The notes: generated by a model from the sequence alone, not told the origin. Counted from the stretch's first letter, positions 33,969 to 45,423 are shown. The stretch is DNA of 64,000 nt from an uncultured Gammaproteobacteria bacterium (GCA_963773065.1 CAVYZN010000001.1:1-64000), one strand, 5' to 3'. Translations and numbers: made by a program.

Positions 33969-36653
33969 TTACCGCTTGCCGGACTTGAAAAATATCCGCC
34001 GGTACCCGCCGGCGACGAGCGCCGCCGTGTCCACCAGCAGCATGGGCAGGGGCGTCAGGATCGGGTAGGCGAGATAGGTGCTGCGCCATTCGGGATGAAA
34101 TTTTTCCTTGAAGCTGCGCAGTCCCTTGTAATTATAAAAACGGTTGCCGAACTCGAAGGCCAGGCGGGCGAGTTTTTCGCTGGGGCGCGCATAGCGGGTC
34201 TTGCCCACGCCGCCCAACGGCGAGATACCCAGATTGAAATAGAGATAGCCCTCGCGCCGGGCATGCTCAAGCAATTCCACGAACAGATAATCCATGGTGC
34301 CGGACGGGGCATCCGGGTGGTGGCGCATGAGATCGATGCTGAGTTCCGCGTGACTGCCATAGTCGGGCATCAGGTTGGCGAACGCGACCACACGATCGGC
34401 CACCCTCACCACGGCGATGGGACCGCGGCGCAGGTAGGCTTCGTTGTAATTGCCGAGCGAGAAGCTTTTCTCGGCGGTATGGTGGTGGGCGAGCCAGGCG
34501 TCCGAGATGGCGCGCAGTTGCGGCCAGAGCGCTGGAGGCAGCGGCTGTTCGAGCAATTCGAAGCTGACGCCACCGCGCCTGGCGCGGTTGACGCTGTGGC
34601 GCAGCGCTTCACCGCGTTTTCCCGCGGTGGAGAAGTCGGCGAGCTTCACGAGCGCCGTTTCGCCCAGCTTGAACAGCGCGAACCCGGCATCGTGATAGCG
34701 GTGTATGTGGGCATCGCTGATTTCGTAGAAACACGGCGTCAGGTCGCGGCGGTCGGCGTATTCGCGAAACGCGATGATGGCGGCGTTGAAAGCCGCCGGA
34801 TCGCCGCAGGGATCGCCCAGGGCCACCAGCCGGTCGCGGATCGGCGCATACTGAATGAACGCCTTGCGGTCGGGCGACCACAGCAGGAATTTGTCACCGA
34901 GATAAACCAGGTGCGCGAACCTGCCGCCGCCGTACTGATTGAGCACGGCTTCGGCTTCGGCCAGTTCCTGCACTCCGGGGCTGGCCGGCGCCTCCCTGGG
35001 TCGTTGAAAGAAAGACCAGCCGATGAATGCTACGGCGACCGAGGCTGCGACCAGCAGGCCGCGCGCGAAACGCGGCGCCTCCAGGGCGGGTTCGAAACGC
35101 GACAGATACTCCCAGCCCAGTGGAATTTCGCCATGCACCCAATCGCCCAGCCAGGCGAATCCGACGACGGAGGCAAGCAGGGCAACCAGCCAGGCGAGGC
35201 TGCGGGGACTCAACAACGGATAGCTCTCGCGGTAAAACCGCCCGCGTTGCATCCGCAACAGCAGCGCCACGGCGGTCAAGGTGGCGGCCTCCTCGTAATC
35301 GATGCCCTTGAGCAGGCTCAAAATCGCGCCGCCGATGAGCAGGGCGACAGTCACGTGATAGGCGCCGCGGACCTGCTCGGCGATGCCGCGCGAGAGCGCG
35401 ATCAGCAGCACGCCGGTGGCGACCGACAGCAGGTGCGAGACTTCGATGGCCGCGAGCGGCACGTGCAGGATCAGAACTTCCAGGCGGTCGGCCAGCGTGG
35501 GAAAAGCGTCGGAGACGAGCAGCACGACACCCCCGCCGAAGGTCAGATAGGCCACCACCCGCACGCCGAGCGAGGCGAGTAGATTCAGCGGCAGTCTCAG
35601 CAATGCCAGCAGCCTGCTGTCGCGCCACTGGCGCGCCAGCGCCAGGCGTTGCCAATGTTCCGACAGCACCAGCTTGTCCGCGCCCACATAGACGCCGATG
35701 AACCAAGGCACCAGGTAATAGCACAGGCGATAGAGCAGCACGCCGGAGACGACGTGTTCCGGGCCGCTGGCGAAGGGGGCAAGCAACACCACCAGCGCGG
35801 CATCGAACACGCCCAGTCCGCCCGGGATCAGACTCAATATGCCGAGCGCGGAGGCCAGCACGAAACCGGACAGGAACGTCGGCCAGGGTATCGCCGCGCC
35901 GCTCAGTTCGAGCGCAACCCAGGCCGCTGCCGCCGCCAGCAGCCAGTCCAGGGTCGAGAATGTGATCAGACCCGCGAGCGACAATCCGGATTGCGGCGCC
36001 AGGCCGCTCAGCACCCGCGAGAACACCCCTTTGTTTAAAGTGAAGAAATAAACCGGCAGGTAGGCGGCGAAGCCGCCGAGCGCCAGCCAGAGGGTCCATG
36101 CCGGGAGCGGCAGTTTGCCCCAGCCCGGCCCGCCGGCGAGCAACAGCGGCCAGCAAAGGACCGCCAGACCAACCGGAACCGAAACCATGATCAGTCCGGA
36201 GTAGGCCGCGGCGCGCCCGGCCTCAATGCGCTCGCCGGTAAGCAACAGCATGCGGATGCCCGATCCCGCGAGGCCGGAGAGGCCGATCATGTTGTTGAAG
36301 GTGTTGGCGATCCAGGCGTTGCGCACGAGGGTGTGCAGCGGGAGTCTGATGTCGAGGGCGCGGGCGGCGCGCCAGTCGTACACGGTCATGGCGAATACGC
36401 CCGTCAGGGCGATGAACTGGACGAGCAGGAGTTGGGGCAGAGTGAGCGCCTGCAGCGCCAGGCGAACGGCGTGTATATCCAGTCCGCGCAGTTCACGGAC
36501 GGCGAGTACGGCGACGAGGGCAAGAAATGCAAGGGGCAGCGCGCGCCGGACCCAGCGCATCCAGCGCAAGCTCTCCATCTCCGCACTATCGCCGGCCTCG
36601 TCCCGGGTAGCGGGGGCAAGCGGGTGGCTGTCTGCGGTTTTCCCGTTATTCAT
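33969..36653 (-). CDS. mprF: Bifunctional aminoacyl-phosphatidylglycerol flippase/synthetase
   Basis: Polytopic N-terminus with PGGLGVFD; C-terminal EKSFSLG, SIDLMR and FYNYKGLRSFKEKF.PEW. Confidence 0.93.
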   Translation of the reverse strand: MNNGKTADSHPLAPATRDEAGDSAEMESLRWMRWVRRALPLAFLALVAVLAVRELRGLDIHAVRLALQALTLPQLLLVQFIALTGVFAMTVYDWRAARALDIRLPLHTLVRNAWIANTFNNMIGLSGLAGSGIRMLLLTGERIEAGRAAAYSGLIMVSVPVGLAVLCWPLLLAGGPGWGKLPLPAWTLWLALGGFAAYLPVYFFTLNKGVFSRVLSGLAPQSGLSLAGLITFSTLDWLLAAAAAWVALELSGAAIPWPTFLSGFVLASALGILSLIPGGLGVFDAALVVLLAPFASGPEHVVSGVLLYRLCYYLVPWFIGVYVGADKLVLSEHWQRLALARQWRDSRLLALLRLPLNLLASLGVRVVAYLTFGGGVVLLVSDAFPTLADRLEVLILHVPLAAIEVSHLLSVATGVLLIALSRGIAEQVRGAYHVTVALLIGGAILSLLKGIDYEEAATLTAVALLLRMQRGRFYRESYPLLSPRSLAWLVALLASVVGFAWLGDWVHGEIPLGWEYLSRFEPALEAPRFARGLLVAASVAVAFIGWSFFQRPREAPASPGVQELAEAEAVLNQYGGGRFAHLVYLGDKFLLWSPDRKAFIQYAPIRDRLVALGDPCGDPAAFNAAIIAFREYADRRDLTPCFYEISDAHIHRYHDAGFALFKLGETALVKLADFSTAGKRGEALRHSVNRARRGGVSFELLEQPLPPALWPQLRAISDAWLAHHHTAEKSFSLGNYNEAYLRRGPIAVVRVADRVVAFANLMPDYGSHAELSIDLMRHHPDAPSGTMDYLFVELLEHARREGYLYFNLGISPLGGVGKTRYARPSEKLARLAFEFGNRFYNYKGLRSFKEKFHPEWRSTYLAYPILTPLPMLLVDTAALVAGGYRRIFFKSGKR

Positions 36654-37001
36654 AAAATCGCCATGTTGATGATAAGACCTGCAAACCTGGCCAAGTTTAC
36701 CGCAGCTCCCAGGCGCGGTGCGGTTGGCAATGCGATTGAAGCTGCCGCCGGTGATGTCGCGCCGTGCTCCGCACGGGGACGCCAGGTCCGTGACACGGGC
36801 CACGGTACGCTTCAGCGTCGGATCCGCTTCCGGGTTCCCCCCACGCGCCGGCGATGATGTTCTGGAGGTATGACATGGGATCGCGTGGGAAGAAAACCAT
36901 TGGAATGGATGCGGATTCGATAAACGGGGGTGATGTCGGCGATCGGCGTCCATCGGCCCGGGTCCCGCTGGATCGGGATATTAACCATTTTCGTAACCAG
37001 A

Positions 37002-37170
37002 CACTACGAAGAACACGATGAGGGAATTTGACGCGCTATCAATACGGGTGATCGGATGTGCCATCGACTTGCCTCGTGGTCCTGGACCGGTTTATTGAAG
37101 GATGTCATGAAGCGTTTTGTGCTTTTATTTGAGGGATACCCTTCGTGTACCTGGTGATCTCTGTGATGAA
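37002..37170 (+). pseudogene. Internally deleted GxxExxY gene with flanking inverted-repeat remnants
   Basis: MREFDALSIRVIGCAID..GPG fused via a frameshift to GLLKDVMKRFVL; flanks cactacgaagaacacga and cttcgtgtacctggtgatctctgtgatg. Confidence 0.65.
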
Positions 37171-37402
37171 TCGTTACCCATATTCCGGCGAATCAGGAAT
37201 AATGAGGCGCTGATTCCCGTAGCCGTTCCGGGGTTGACACATGAGGCAGATAGTAAGCCAATGGCTCCTCGGCCGGTCAGCGAACCGGGTCCTCAAGACC
37301 GGGGATCGGGTCAGGTTGGGATGAACGGTGTGTTACTCTGCGGACTCCGCGACCACCTTCAGCCCCTTCGTCATTCATAGCAAGGAGAAAAACAGCACGC
37401 TT

Positions 37403-38773
37403 ATGAAACAGGACGTCATCGATGCCGTTATCGCACCGGAAGGCCGGCTGGAGGTTTTGTCCAAGGCCGAGGTCGGCAAGCTCCTCGATACCAGCCAGGG
37501 CGGTTTGTACACGATATTCCGCAACTGTTCGCTCGCGGTCCTCAACTGCGGCAGCTTCCTGGATGACGGCAAGGAACTGCTGGAACGCTACCAGTCTTTC
37601 GACATCCGCGTCATCCAGGAAGAGCGCGGCATCAAGCTCGAGGTCCGGAATGCGCCGGCCAGCGCGTTCGTGGACGGCAAGATCATCAAGGGGATCAACG
37701 AGCACCTGTTCGCGGTGCTGCGCGACGTGATCTACGTCAGCGACGAGATCAACGACAATCCGCGGTTTGATCTGGAAACTTCCGACGGCATCACCAATGC
37801 CGTATTCCACATCCTGCGCAACGCCAACATCCTGCGCCCGCTGCTCAATCCGAACATGGTGGTGTGCTGGGGTGGGCATTCGATCAGCCGCAAGGAATAC
37901 GATTACACCAAGGAGGTCGGGTACCAGATGGGGCTGCGCGGCCTGAATATCTGCACGGGCTGCGGACCGGGCGCCATGAAAGGGCCGATGAAGGGCGCCA
38001 CCATCGGACACGCCAAGCAGCGCATCGGCGGCGGGCAGTACCTCGGCATATCGGAACCGGGCATCATCGCCGCCGAGTCGCCCAATCCGATCGTAAACGA
38101 TCTGGTCATCCTGCCGGATATCGAGAAGCGCCTGGAGGGCTTCGTGCGCACCGGTCACGCCATCGTGGTGTTTCCCGGCGGCGTCGGTACGGCGGAGGAG
38201 ATTCTCTACATCCTCGGCATACTGCTGCACCCCGACAACGCGGATATACCCTTCCCGCTGGTGTTCACCGGTCCCGCCAGCGCCGGGGGTTACTTCCAGG
38301 AGATCGACCAGTTCATCGGCGCCATCCTGGGCCGGGAGGCGCAGCAACGTTACCGCATCATCATCGATGACCCTGTCCAGGTGGCCCGCGAGATCAAGGC
38401 CGGGGTCGCCGAGGTGCGCCACTTCCGCAAGGAGACCGATGACGCGTACTATTTCAACTGGCTGCTGAAGATCGAGCGGGAATTCCAGCAGCCGTTCACG
38501 CCGACGCACGAGAACATGCGCAATCTCGAACTGCACAAGGATCAGGACCGCCACCTGCTGGCCGCCAACCTGCGGCGTCTCTTCTCGGGTATCGTCGCCG
38601 GCAACGTGAAGGACGAAGGCATCCGCGCCATCGAACAGTATGGCCACTTCGAGATACGCGGCGAGGCGGGCGTCATGGACCCGATGGATTCCCTGCTGGG
38701 CTCGTTCGTGGCGCAACACCGCATGAAATTGCCGGGCAAGGAATACACTCCCTGCTACCGCATCATCAAATGA
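37403..38773 (+). CDS. ppnN: Nucleotide 5'-monophosphate nucleosidase PpnN (YgdH)
   Basis: CWGGHSI, CTGCGPGAMKGPMKGA, IAAESPN and PGGVGTAEE motifs. Confidence 0.93.
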   Translation: MKQDVIDAVIAPEGRLEVLSKAEVGKLLDTSQGGLYTIFRNCSLAVLNCGSFLDDGKELLERYQSFDIRVIQEERGIKLEVRNAPASAFVDGKIIKGINEHLFAVLRDVIYVSDEINDNPRFDLETSDGITNAVFHILRNANILRPLLNPNMVVCWGGHSISRKEYDYTKEVGYQMGLRGLNICTGCGPGAMKGPMKGATIGHAKQRIGGGQYLGISEPGIIAAESPNPIVNDLVILPDIEKRLEGFVRTGHAIVVFPGGVGTAEEILYILGILLHPDNADIPFPLVFTGPASAGGYFQEIDQFIGAILGREAQQRYRIIIDDPVQVAREIKAGVAEVRHFRKETDDAYYFNWLLKIEREFQQPFTPTHENMRNLELHKDQDRHLLAANLRRLFSGIVAGNVKDEGIRAIEQYGHFEIRGEAGVMDPMDSLLGSFVAQHRMKLPGKEYTPCYRIIK

Positions 38774-38860
38774 TGACTCCTCACTGTCGGAGGCGATTGA
38801 TCTGCCGTGTGGTGCTTCCCTCCCGATGCACCCGATGAATTATCACGGAGGTAATGGACG

Positions 38861-39584
38861 ATGACCAATCAAGCATTAATCGCCGTCATCAGCGGCGCCA
38901 GCCGCGGGCTGGGTTTTGAGACCTGCCGCCAACTGGGCCGGCGCGGCTACCGGGTGCTGTTGACCGCGCGTGATCCCGCCAGGGGAAAGGCGGCCGCCGG
39001 TGCGCTGCAGGACGAAGGGCTCAACGTCGGGTTTTTCCCGCTCGATGTGACGGATACGGATAGCGTGCAGGGGCTGGCCGGGTACCTGGAACGGGATGTC
39101 GGCCGCCTCGACGTGCTGGTCAACAACGCCGGGGTGTTCCTCGATCCCATGCCGCCCGGACGATCCGTCCGCGAGCAGCGTGTTCCGGGCGGACATCGCG
39201 ACCGTGCGCTACAGCATGGAGACCAATGCCTACGGTGCGCTGCGCCTGTGCCAGGCGCTGATTCCCCTGATGCAGGGCCGCGGCCGGGTGGTCAACGTGT
39301 CCTCGGGCATGGGGCAGCTTTCCGAGATGAACGGCTGCTGCCCGGGTTACCGCTTCTCCAAGGCGGCGCTCAATGCCCTGACCCGCATCCTCGCGGACGA
39401 GCTAAAGACTACCCGCATCAAGGTCAACTCCGTCTGCCCCGGCTGGGTGCGCACCGACATGGGCGGGCCCGATGCCGAGCGTTCGGTGGAGGAGGGCGCC
39501 GATACCATCGTCTGGCTCGCCACCCTGCCGGATGACGGCCCGAGCGGCGGATTCTTCCGCGACCGTCGGCCCATCCCCTGGTAG
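38861..39584 (+). CDS. SDR family (carbonyl reductase-like) oxidoreductase, +1 frameshift at a C-run near 39156
   Basis: GASRGLG and NNAG in the first frame; NVSS, YRFSK and [11 protein letters not shown] in the second. Confidence 0.88.
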
Positions 39585-39882
39585 GCAATGCCGCCTCGCC
39601 TCCCGTCTCACCGGTTGCGCCCTCCGCGCGCGATAGGACGATCCCGCATCCCCGCGCCCAATGCTCGGATGTTACTACACCATTCACATGTCATTTAAAG
39701 GAGGCTGGCCGGGGAAGGGCGGCAGCGATGACGATGGCGTGAGGGCACAGGGGAAGGGATCAACGGGTGAATAGCAACGGTAATCCGCTCGGCAGGCGTC
39801 AGTCTCGGTAGTGCCCGGGCAGGAAATGAGGGGAAAACGGACTATGCTTCCTATACACGCATTTGTTTGCTGAAAGGAGGAA

Positions 39883-40652
39883 GTGATGAGCACGCACATA
39901 AAAAAGCTGTTTTTACTCTGCTCCGGGATGATCCTGCTGGGCGTCTCTGGAGGGACGGCTGTAGCGGGTGGCAGGGTCGAGGCGATTTTCGATCCCGCGA
40001 ACTTTTCCAATCCAATCGACATCGACAACCCGTATTGGCCCCTCGTGCCGGGCACCACCTTCACCTACCGCTCCGTGGGACACGGCGAGTGTCAGGTGAA
40101 TGATGTGCAGGTTACCGGCGTGACTCCGGTCATCGCCGGTGTCATGACCCGGCAGGTACACGACCAGGTGTGGGAGGACGACGATTGTGAGGCGGTCGTG
40201 ACTGTCGGAGAACACCCTCGACTGGTATGCCCAGGACGATAGGCAACGTCTGGTACCTCGGTGAAGATACGGCTGAGTACTGCGACCGCGATCACCCGGA
40301 CGTGGTGTGCAGCACGGAAGGGTCCTGGACGACGGGGGTAGACGGCGCGACGCCCGGCTTCCTTATGCTGGCCGATCCCACCCCGGGGACCTCCTACCCG
40401 CAGGAGTTTCTAGCGGGGGAGGCCGAGGACATGGCGAAGGTCCTCAGGACCAATGCCGCCGTGTCCCTCACCTTCGATAATACGATCGACCCCGATGAAT
40501 ACACGGGTTGCCTGAAGACCAAGGAATGGTCGCCCCTGGAGAGGGGAACGGTCGAGAACAAGTATTACTGCCCCGGTGTAGGTCTCGTCCTCACCAGAGA
40601 GCTCAAGTCCGGGACCGTGCGCGAGGAGCTAGTCAACGTATCGGGGCCGTGA
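39883..40652 (+). CDS. Secreted hypothetical protein with frameshifts at ~40190-40240
   Basis: Signal peptide and IDNPYWPLVPG, then DWYAQD..GNVWYLGE split across frames, then KYYCPGVGLV. Confidence 0.65.
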
Positions 40653-40765
40653 CCCTGGGCGTCGACTCGTGTGCGTTGCGCCGCCCGAGGCGGATGTCCA
40701 TGGCGACCGCAGTAACGGCCACGCTGTCGGCAACGATTAACGACAACCCCTGAGAAGGAGACGCC

Positions 40766-41179
40766 ATGCAAGTCCAACCCTATTTGTTCTTCGACGGCCG
40801 CTGCGAAGAGGCGCTTGAGTTCTACCGCGGCGCGCTCGGCGCCGAGGTAACGATGCTACTGCGCATGAAGGACAGCCCTGAGCCGCATGAACCCGGCATG
40901 CTCCCACCCGGGGCAGGGGACAAGGTGATGCATACGAGCTTTCGCATCGGCGATACGACGCTGATGGCTTCCGACGGCCGATGCCTGGGGAAGCCGAACT
41001 TCCAGGGCTTTTCACTGTCGCTCATCGTGCCCAACGAGGCCGAGGCCGAGCGGCTGTTCACGGCTCTGGCCGACGGCGGGCAGGTGCAGATGCCGCTGGC
41101 CAAGACCTTCTTTTCGCCGCGCTTCGGCATGGTCGCCGACCGCTTCGGTGTGTCATGGATGATCATCGTGGGAACTTGA
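40766..41179 (+). CDS. VOC/PhnB (YjdN-like) family protein
   Basis: PYLFFDGRCEEALEFY, LMASD and FGMVADRFGVSW motifs. Confidence 0.9.
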   Translation: MQVQPYLFFDGRCEEALEFYRGALGAEVTMLLRMKDSPEPHEPGMLPPGAGDKVMHTSFRIGDTTLMASDGRCLGKPNFQGFSLSLIVPNEAEAERLFTALADGGQVQMPLAKTFFSPRFGMVADRFGVSWMIIVGT

Positions 41180-41347
41180 GAGCCGTTTCCGAGGCGACGG
41201 AAGCCTCTTAGGCAGGGCTACCAGAGTTGACGTATTCCTCCACGTCGATTTTGTGCAACTCCGTTCGACTAAACAGTAGAGCCAGGATCCACATCCGGTC
41301 GGGACCGACCGCAAGCCCGGCTCCAAACCCGAAACCAGTAAGGAGAC

Positions 41348-41782
41348 ATGACGATGCGATTCATGATGCTGATGATCCCCAAGGGCTACGAGAAGGCGGC
41401 GCCGGGTACCACGCCGGACGCCAAGGCCGTCGAAGCGATGATGAAGTATAACGAATCCCTACAGAAGGCCGGCGTGCTGCTCGGGCTCGATGGCCTGCAC
41501 CCGCCTTCAATGGGCGCGCGCGTTTCGTTCTCCGCAGGCAAGCCCACGGTGACCGATGGCCCCTACGCCGAGACGAAGGAGGTGATCGGCGGCTACTGGA
41601 TGATACAGGTGAAGTCGAAGGAAGAGGCGATCGAATGGGCCAGGCGCTGCCCCGCAGCGGACAACGAGGTGATCGAGATACGCCAGGTGTTCGAGATGTC
41701 GGACTTCCCATCCGACGTCCAGAAGGCCGCTGACAAGTTTCCCGAGATGCAAGCGCAATCCGGGCAGCGCAAGGGGTCGTGA
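41348..41782 (+). CDS. YciI (DGPFAETKE) family protein
   Basis: DGPYAETKEVIGGYW motif. Confidence 0.9.
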   Translation: MTMRFMMLMIPKGYEKAAPGTTPDAKAVEAMMKYNESLQKAGVLLGLDGLHPPSMGARVSFSAGKPTVTDGPYAETKEVIGGYWMIQVKSKEEAIEWARRCPAADNEVIEIRQVFEMSDFPSDVQKAADKFPEMQAQSGQRKGS

Positions 41783-41842
41783 TGCCGCGGTTGCAGCGCG
41801 CTTAGGTCAACCGCAACACCGCATATAACACCGGAGGTATCC

Positions 41843-42370
41843 ATGTTCAAGATAATCGTGATCGTGGTAGTCGTTGTCCTCGCCGCTGTTCTCATTTATG
41901 CGGCGAGCAAGCCTGACACTTTCCGTGTCGAGCGTTCGGCCATCATCAATGCGCCGCCAGAGAAGGTCTTTGCGCTCATCAACGACTTTCACGGTATGAA
42001 CACCTGGTCACCCTACGAGACCAAGGATCCCGCGATGAAGAGAGACTACAGCGGCATGGCAAGCGGCCAGGGCGCAGTGTATGCGTGGGACGGTAACAAG
42101 GAAGTCGGCAGCGGGAATATCGAGATCACGGAGTCATCGCCCCCGTCCAAGGTCACGATGAAACTCAATATGATCAAGCCGTTTGAAGCCCACAATATCG
42201 TCGAGTTCGCGCTTCAGCCGCAAGCCGGCGCCACCAATGTCACCTGGGCCATGCACGGTCCCAGTCCCTATATATCGAAACTCATCGGACTCTTCTGCAA
42301 TATGGACCGCATGATCGGCAAGGACTTCGAGACGGGTCTCGCTAATCTGAAGACCGTCGCCGAAAAATAA
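41843..42370 (+). CDS. SRPBCC / polyketide cyclase family protein
   Basis: FRVERS..INAPPEKVF, WSPY and MIGKDFETGLANLK motifs. Confidence 0.88.
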   Translation: MFKIIVIVVVVVLAAVLIYAASKPDTFRVERSAIINAPPEKVFALINDFHGMNTWSPYETKDPAMKRDYSGMASGQGAVYAWDGNKEVGSGNIEITESSPPSKVTMKLNMIKPFEAHNIVEFALQPQAGATNVTWAMHGPSPYISKLIGLFCNMDRMIGKDFETGLANLKTVAEK

Positions 42371-42627
42371 GCGGCGGGGCTCGGTCGGCGTTGATAAACA
42401 CGTGGCATGCTCAGCACTGTGCAGTAGATATTGCCACAGCGACAGGGTTGAGACGCACAACGGCATCTGCGACCGGGTGGGCACGGCAGCTCACCATGTG
42501 ACGCCGCGATCCCGCCCGCGCAATATGCGGTATAGTGGCAGTGCATTTTTCACGAGTGGGTGAAGATACGCGTGCAGCCGATCTTTAGAGACGGGGCTTT
42601 TATCCTGGCGAGTACTATCACCCTGGC

Positions 42628-43218
42628 ATGAGTATCCTTTCGGCAACCCTGCTCCTGTTCCTCGTGATGGACCCGCTCGGAAATATTCCTTACTTCCCTA
42701 TCGTCCTCAAGAACGTGGAGCCGTCGAGACAGCGGACCATCATCATCAGGGAGCTGTTGATCGCCTTGCTTGTGCTGATCATGTTTCTTTTCGCCGGGCG
42801 GCATATTCTGGGACTCTTGCAGATTTCGGAGCCTTCCCTGACTGTGGCCGGTGGCATCATACTCTTCCTGATTGCAGTGAGAATGATCTTCCCCGGCCCG
42901 GCCGGGTTGTTTGGCGAACAGCTTGACGGCGAACCCTTCATCTTTCCCCTGGCCGTTCCTTTCATTGCGGGCCCATCCTCGATGACAACGGTGATGCTGA
43001 TTATGAGTCGTGAACCGGAACGCTGGCCGGAGTGGCTGCTCGCATTGGGAACGGCCTGGCTGGCATCGGGCGTGATACTCTACTTCTCCGGAGGGCTCAG
43101 CAGATGGCTGGGGCAAAAAGGTCTGGCGGCCGTGCAACGCTTGATGGGGATGCTGTTGACGGCGGTTGCGGCACAAATGTTTTTGTCGGGCATCAGTTTG
43201 TTCGTTGGGTCCTTATAA
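42628..43218 (+). CDS. MarC/YhgN family membrane protein
   Basis: MDPLGNIP, AGGIILF, PLAVPFIAGPS and RLMGMLL motifs. Confidence 0.9.
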   Translation: MSILSATLLLFLVMDPLGNIPYFPIVLKNVEPSRQRTIIIRELLIALLVLIMFLFAGRHILGLLQISEPSLTVAGGIILFLIAVRMIFPGPAGLFGEQLDGEPFIFPLAVPFIAGPSSMTTVMLIMSREPERWPEWLLALGTAWLASGVILYFSGGLSRWLGQKGLAAVQRLMGMLLTAVAAQMFLSGISLFVGSL

Positions 43219-43272
43219 TGATGAACGGGCTTATGCGGCCCTGAACGCCATGCGCCTGCAGGATATGCTGTA

Positions 43273-43308
43273 AATACCATCCTGCATGTGGACATGGATG
43301 CCTTCTTC
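43273..43308 (+). pseudogene. Short remnant of the DinB (Pol IV) N-terminal motif
   Basis: NTILHVDMDAFF with no in-frame start and a stop shortly after. Confidence 0.45.
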
Positions 43309-43424
43309 CGCGATCAGACCACGGGCAGCCTGCTACTCATCCTCTGAAGAAGCGGCTCACGTGTTGGCCTGGGAGAACATGCGCACCCTGCTCCTGGACA
43401 CGCAGGTCATGGTGCGGCCACAGA

Positions 43425-44702
43425 TCACTCCGCGTAGCCGATGCCGTAGCCCCGGGAGTCGCGCGCGAAGTAGGGTATGCGTCCCCTTGGCACCACGACC
43501 ACTCCGGACGGGCTCACCGTGTAGCTCCTGCGATCCTCTTCCGGGTCGAAGCCGATACGAGCGCCCTTCTCGATCAGGTTATGGCGGTCGACGATGGTCC
43601 GGCGCAGGCGCGCGCCGCTGCTTATGCGCACATAGTCCATGATGATGCAGTCCTCGACCTCGGCGCCGTCTTCGACGACCGCCTCGCGGCGCACGATGGA
43701 GTTGCGCAGGCGCGCGTTATGGATCTCCGTGGCCGCGCCCAGCAAACAGTTCTCGATCTCCCCGCGGATGACCCGGGCGACCGGCCCCTGGTAGTTGCTG
43801 GAGTAGACCGGCCACTGGGGGTTGAAGAGATCGAAGCGGGGCGTGGCGCCAAGCACGTCGCGGTGGGCTTCAAAGTAGGCGTCGATGGTGCCCACGTCCC
43901 GCCAGTAGGCATGCTCCTCGTAGGCCTTGAGCCCCGGGATATCGTTACTCGTGAAGTCGTAGGCGAAGACGCGGTGCGTCGTGAGCAGCCGCGGCAGCAC
44001 GTGGGTACCGAAGTCGGCCTCGCCGTGCCTGTGCGCCTCGCGCACCGCCCGAACCAGGGAGCCCGAATTGAACAGGTAGTTTCCCATGGAGGCGTAGGCC
44101 CGATTGGTGTCACCGGGCATGGGCGTCGCGTGTTGGGGTTTCTCGTGGAAATCACGGATGCGCCCGTCCGGGTCCGCGGTGATGATGCCAAAATTCGAGG
44201 ACTGCTCCAGGGGCACGGGCAGGGTGGCCACGGTGAGGTCCGCCTCCCGCTCCAGGTGAAAGCCGATCATCTGGTTCACGTCCATGCGGTAGACGTGGTC
44301 CGCCCCGAACACCAGGACCAGCTCAGGGTGCTGATTCTCGATCAGGTTGAGATTCTGGCAGACCGCATCCGCGGTGCCCTCGAACCAGCCGTGGCCACTC
44401 AGCATCTGGGGCGGGACCACGGTGACGAACTGATCCGGAAACAGGGGCGAGATGGTCCAGGCCTTGCGAATGTGCTCGATCAGCGACTGGGACTTGTACT
44501 GCACCAACAGATAAATGGTGAAGATCCCGGAGTTGACCAGGTTGCTGAGCACGAAGTCCACGATCCGATAGCGTGACCCGAAGGGCACCGCGGGCTTGGA
44601 GCGCTTGTCGGTGAGCGGCTGCAGCCGTGAGCCCTGGCCGCCGGCCATCACCATGGCCATCACGTTGTTGGCGTATCGGAATTGGCGCTTCGGTTTAGGC
44701 AT
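43425..44702 (-). CDS. glgC: Glucose-1-phosphate adenylyltransferase
   Basis: MAGGQGSRL, KPAVPFG, GTADAV, ADHVYRMD, ASMGNY and YWRDVGT motifs. Confidence 0.95.
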   Translation of the reverse strand: MPKPKRQFRYANNVMAMVMAGGQGSRLQPLTDKRSKPAVPFGSRYRIVDFVLSNLVNSGIFTIYLLVQYKSQSLIEHIRKAWTISPLFPDQFVTVVPPQMLSGHGWFEGTADAVCQNLNLIENQHPELVLVFGADHVYRMDVNQMIGFHLEREADLTVATLPVPLEQSSNFGIITADPDGRIRDFHEKPQHATPMPGDTNRAYASMGNYLFNSGSLVRAVREAHRHGEADFGTHVLPRLLTTHRVFAYDFTSNDIPGLKAYEEHAYWRDVGTIDAYFEAHRDVLGATPRFDLFNPQWPVYSSNYQGPVARVIRGEIENCLLGAATEIHNARLRNSIVRREAVVEDGAEVEDCIIMDYVRISSGARLRRTIVDRHNLIEKGARIGFDPEEDRRSYTVSPSGVVVVPRGRIPYFARDSRGYGIGYAE

Positions 44703-45423
44703 TAAAGTCTCCTCGCAAAAAACACTACGGATCCCGAGCCGCAGCCGGTCATTCCTTCCCCGCGCTGGCGATCCCGTTTTGCAGTCTGCTATCCGTGCCG
44801 CACTCCGGCGGACAGGGCGGTCAGAAGCTCGATCCCCTCGTCCACCGTAGTCATAGTATTCATGATAGACCGCGAACCGGCCTTGCGCGCAGGTCTTCAC
44901 CGCGCCTGCGCGGCATCAGGGATTTGACGTTGGCGCTCCGTCCCCCTCATCTCCCTGGCCACCGTCAATTCGAGCAGCACGCTGATTCATCCACTCTGAT
45001 TCCACTAAGATCAATATCGTAGTAGGATTACGCCGCTATTCGGCAGGTGGAGTCTATCTTTGAACAGACCGGCCTATTCTGTCTGTTGATCAGGTTGGTC
45101 AGGGCCGGCCTTTGCCCGCCACTCTGGTTCCGAGACCAGCGATAACCCACTGAATTTTGGGTGGCGGCTAGTTGCCGCCATGCGGTTACTAAATCCAAGC
45201 CTGCGTGAGGGGATTACAAGCTGCATTAAACAATGGTATAGCGCATTATATAGCCACGCCAGGAAAGGAATCCGGCGTTCAGAACCCCTGTTGTTGAGAG
45301 ATATCTGGACATTCCCGTTTCACCCTGATCGAAACGCCGGGACTCATTTGGTACCGTTTTGCCACGTCTATAATTACATTGTGTCTTTTCATTAAATTTA
45401 GCGATAGTGAAGAAAGGTGAGAC

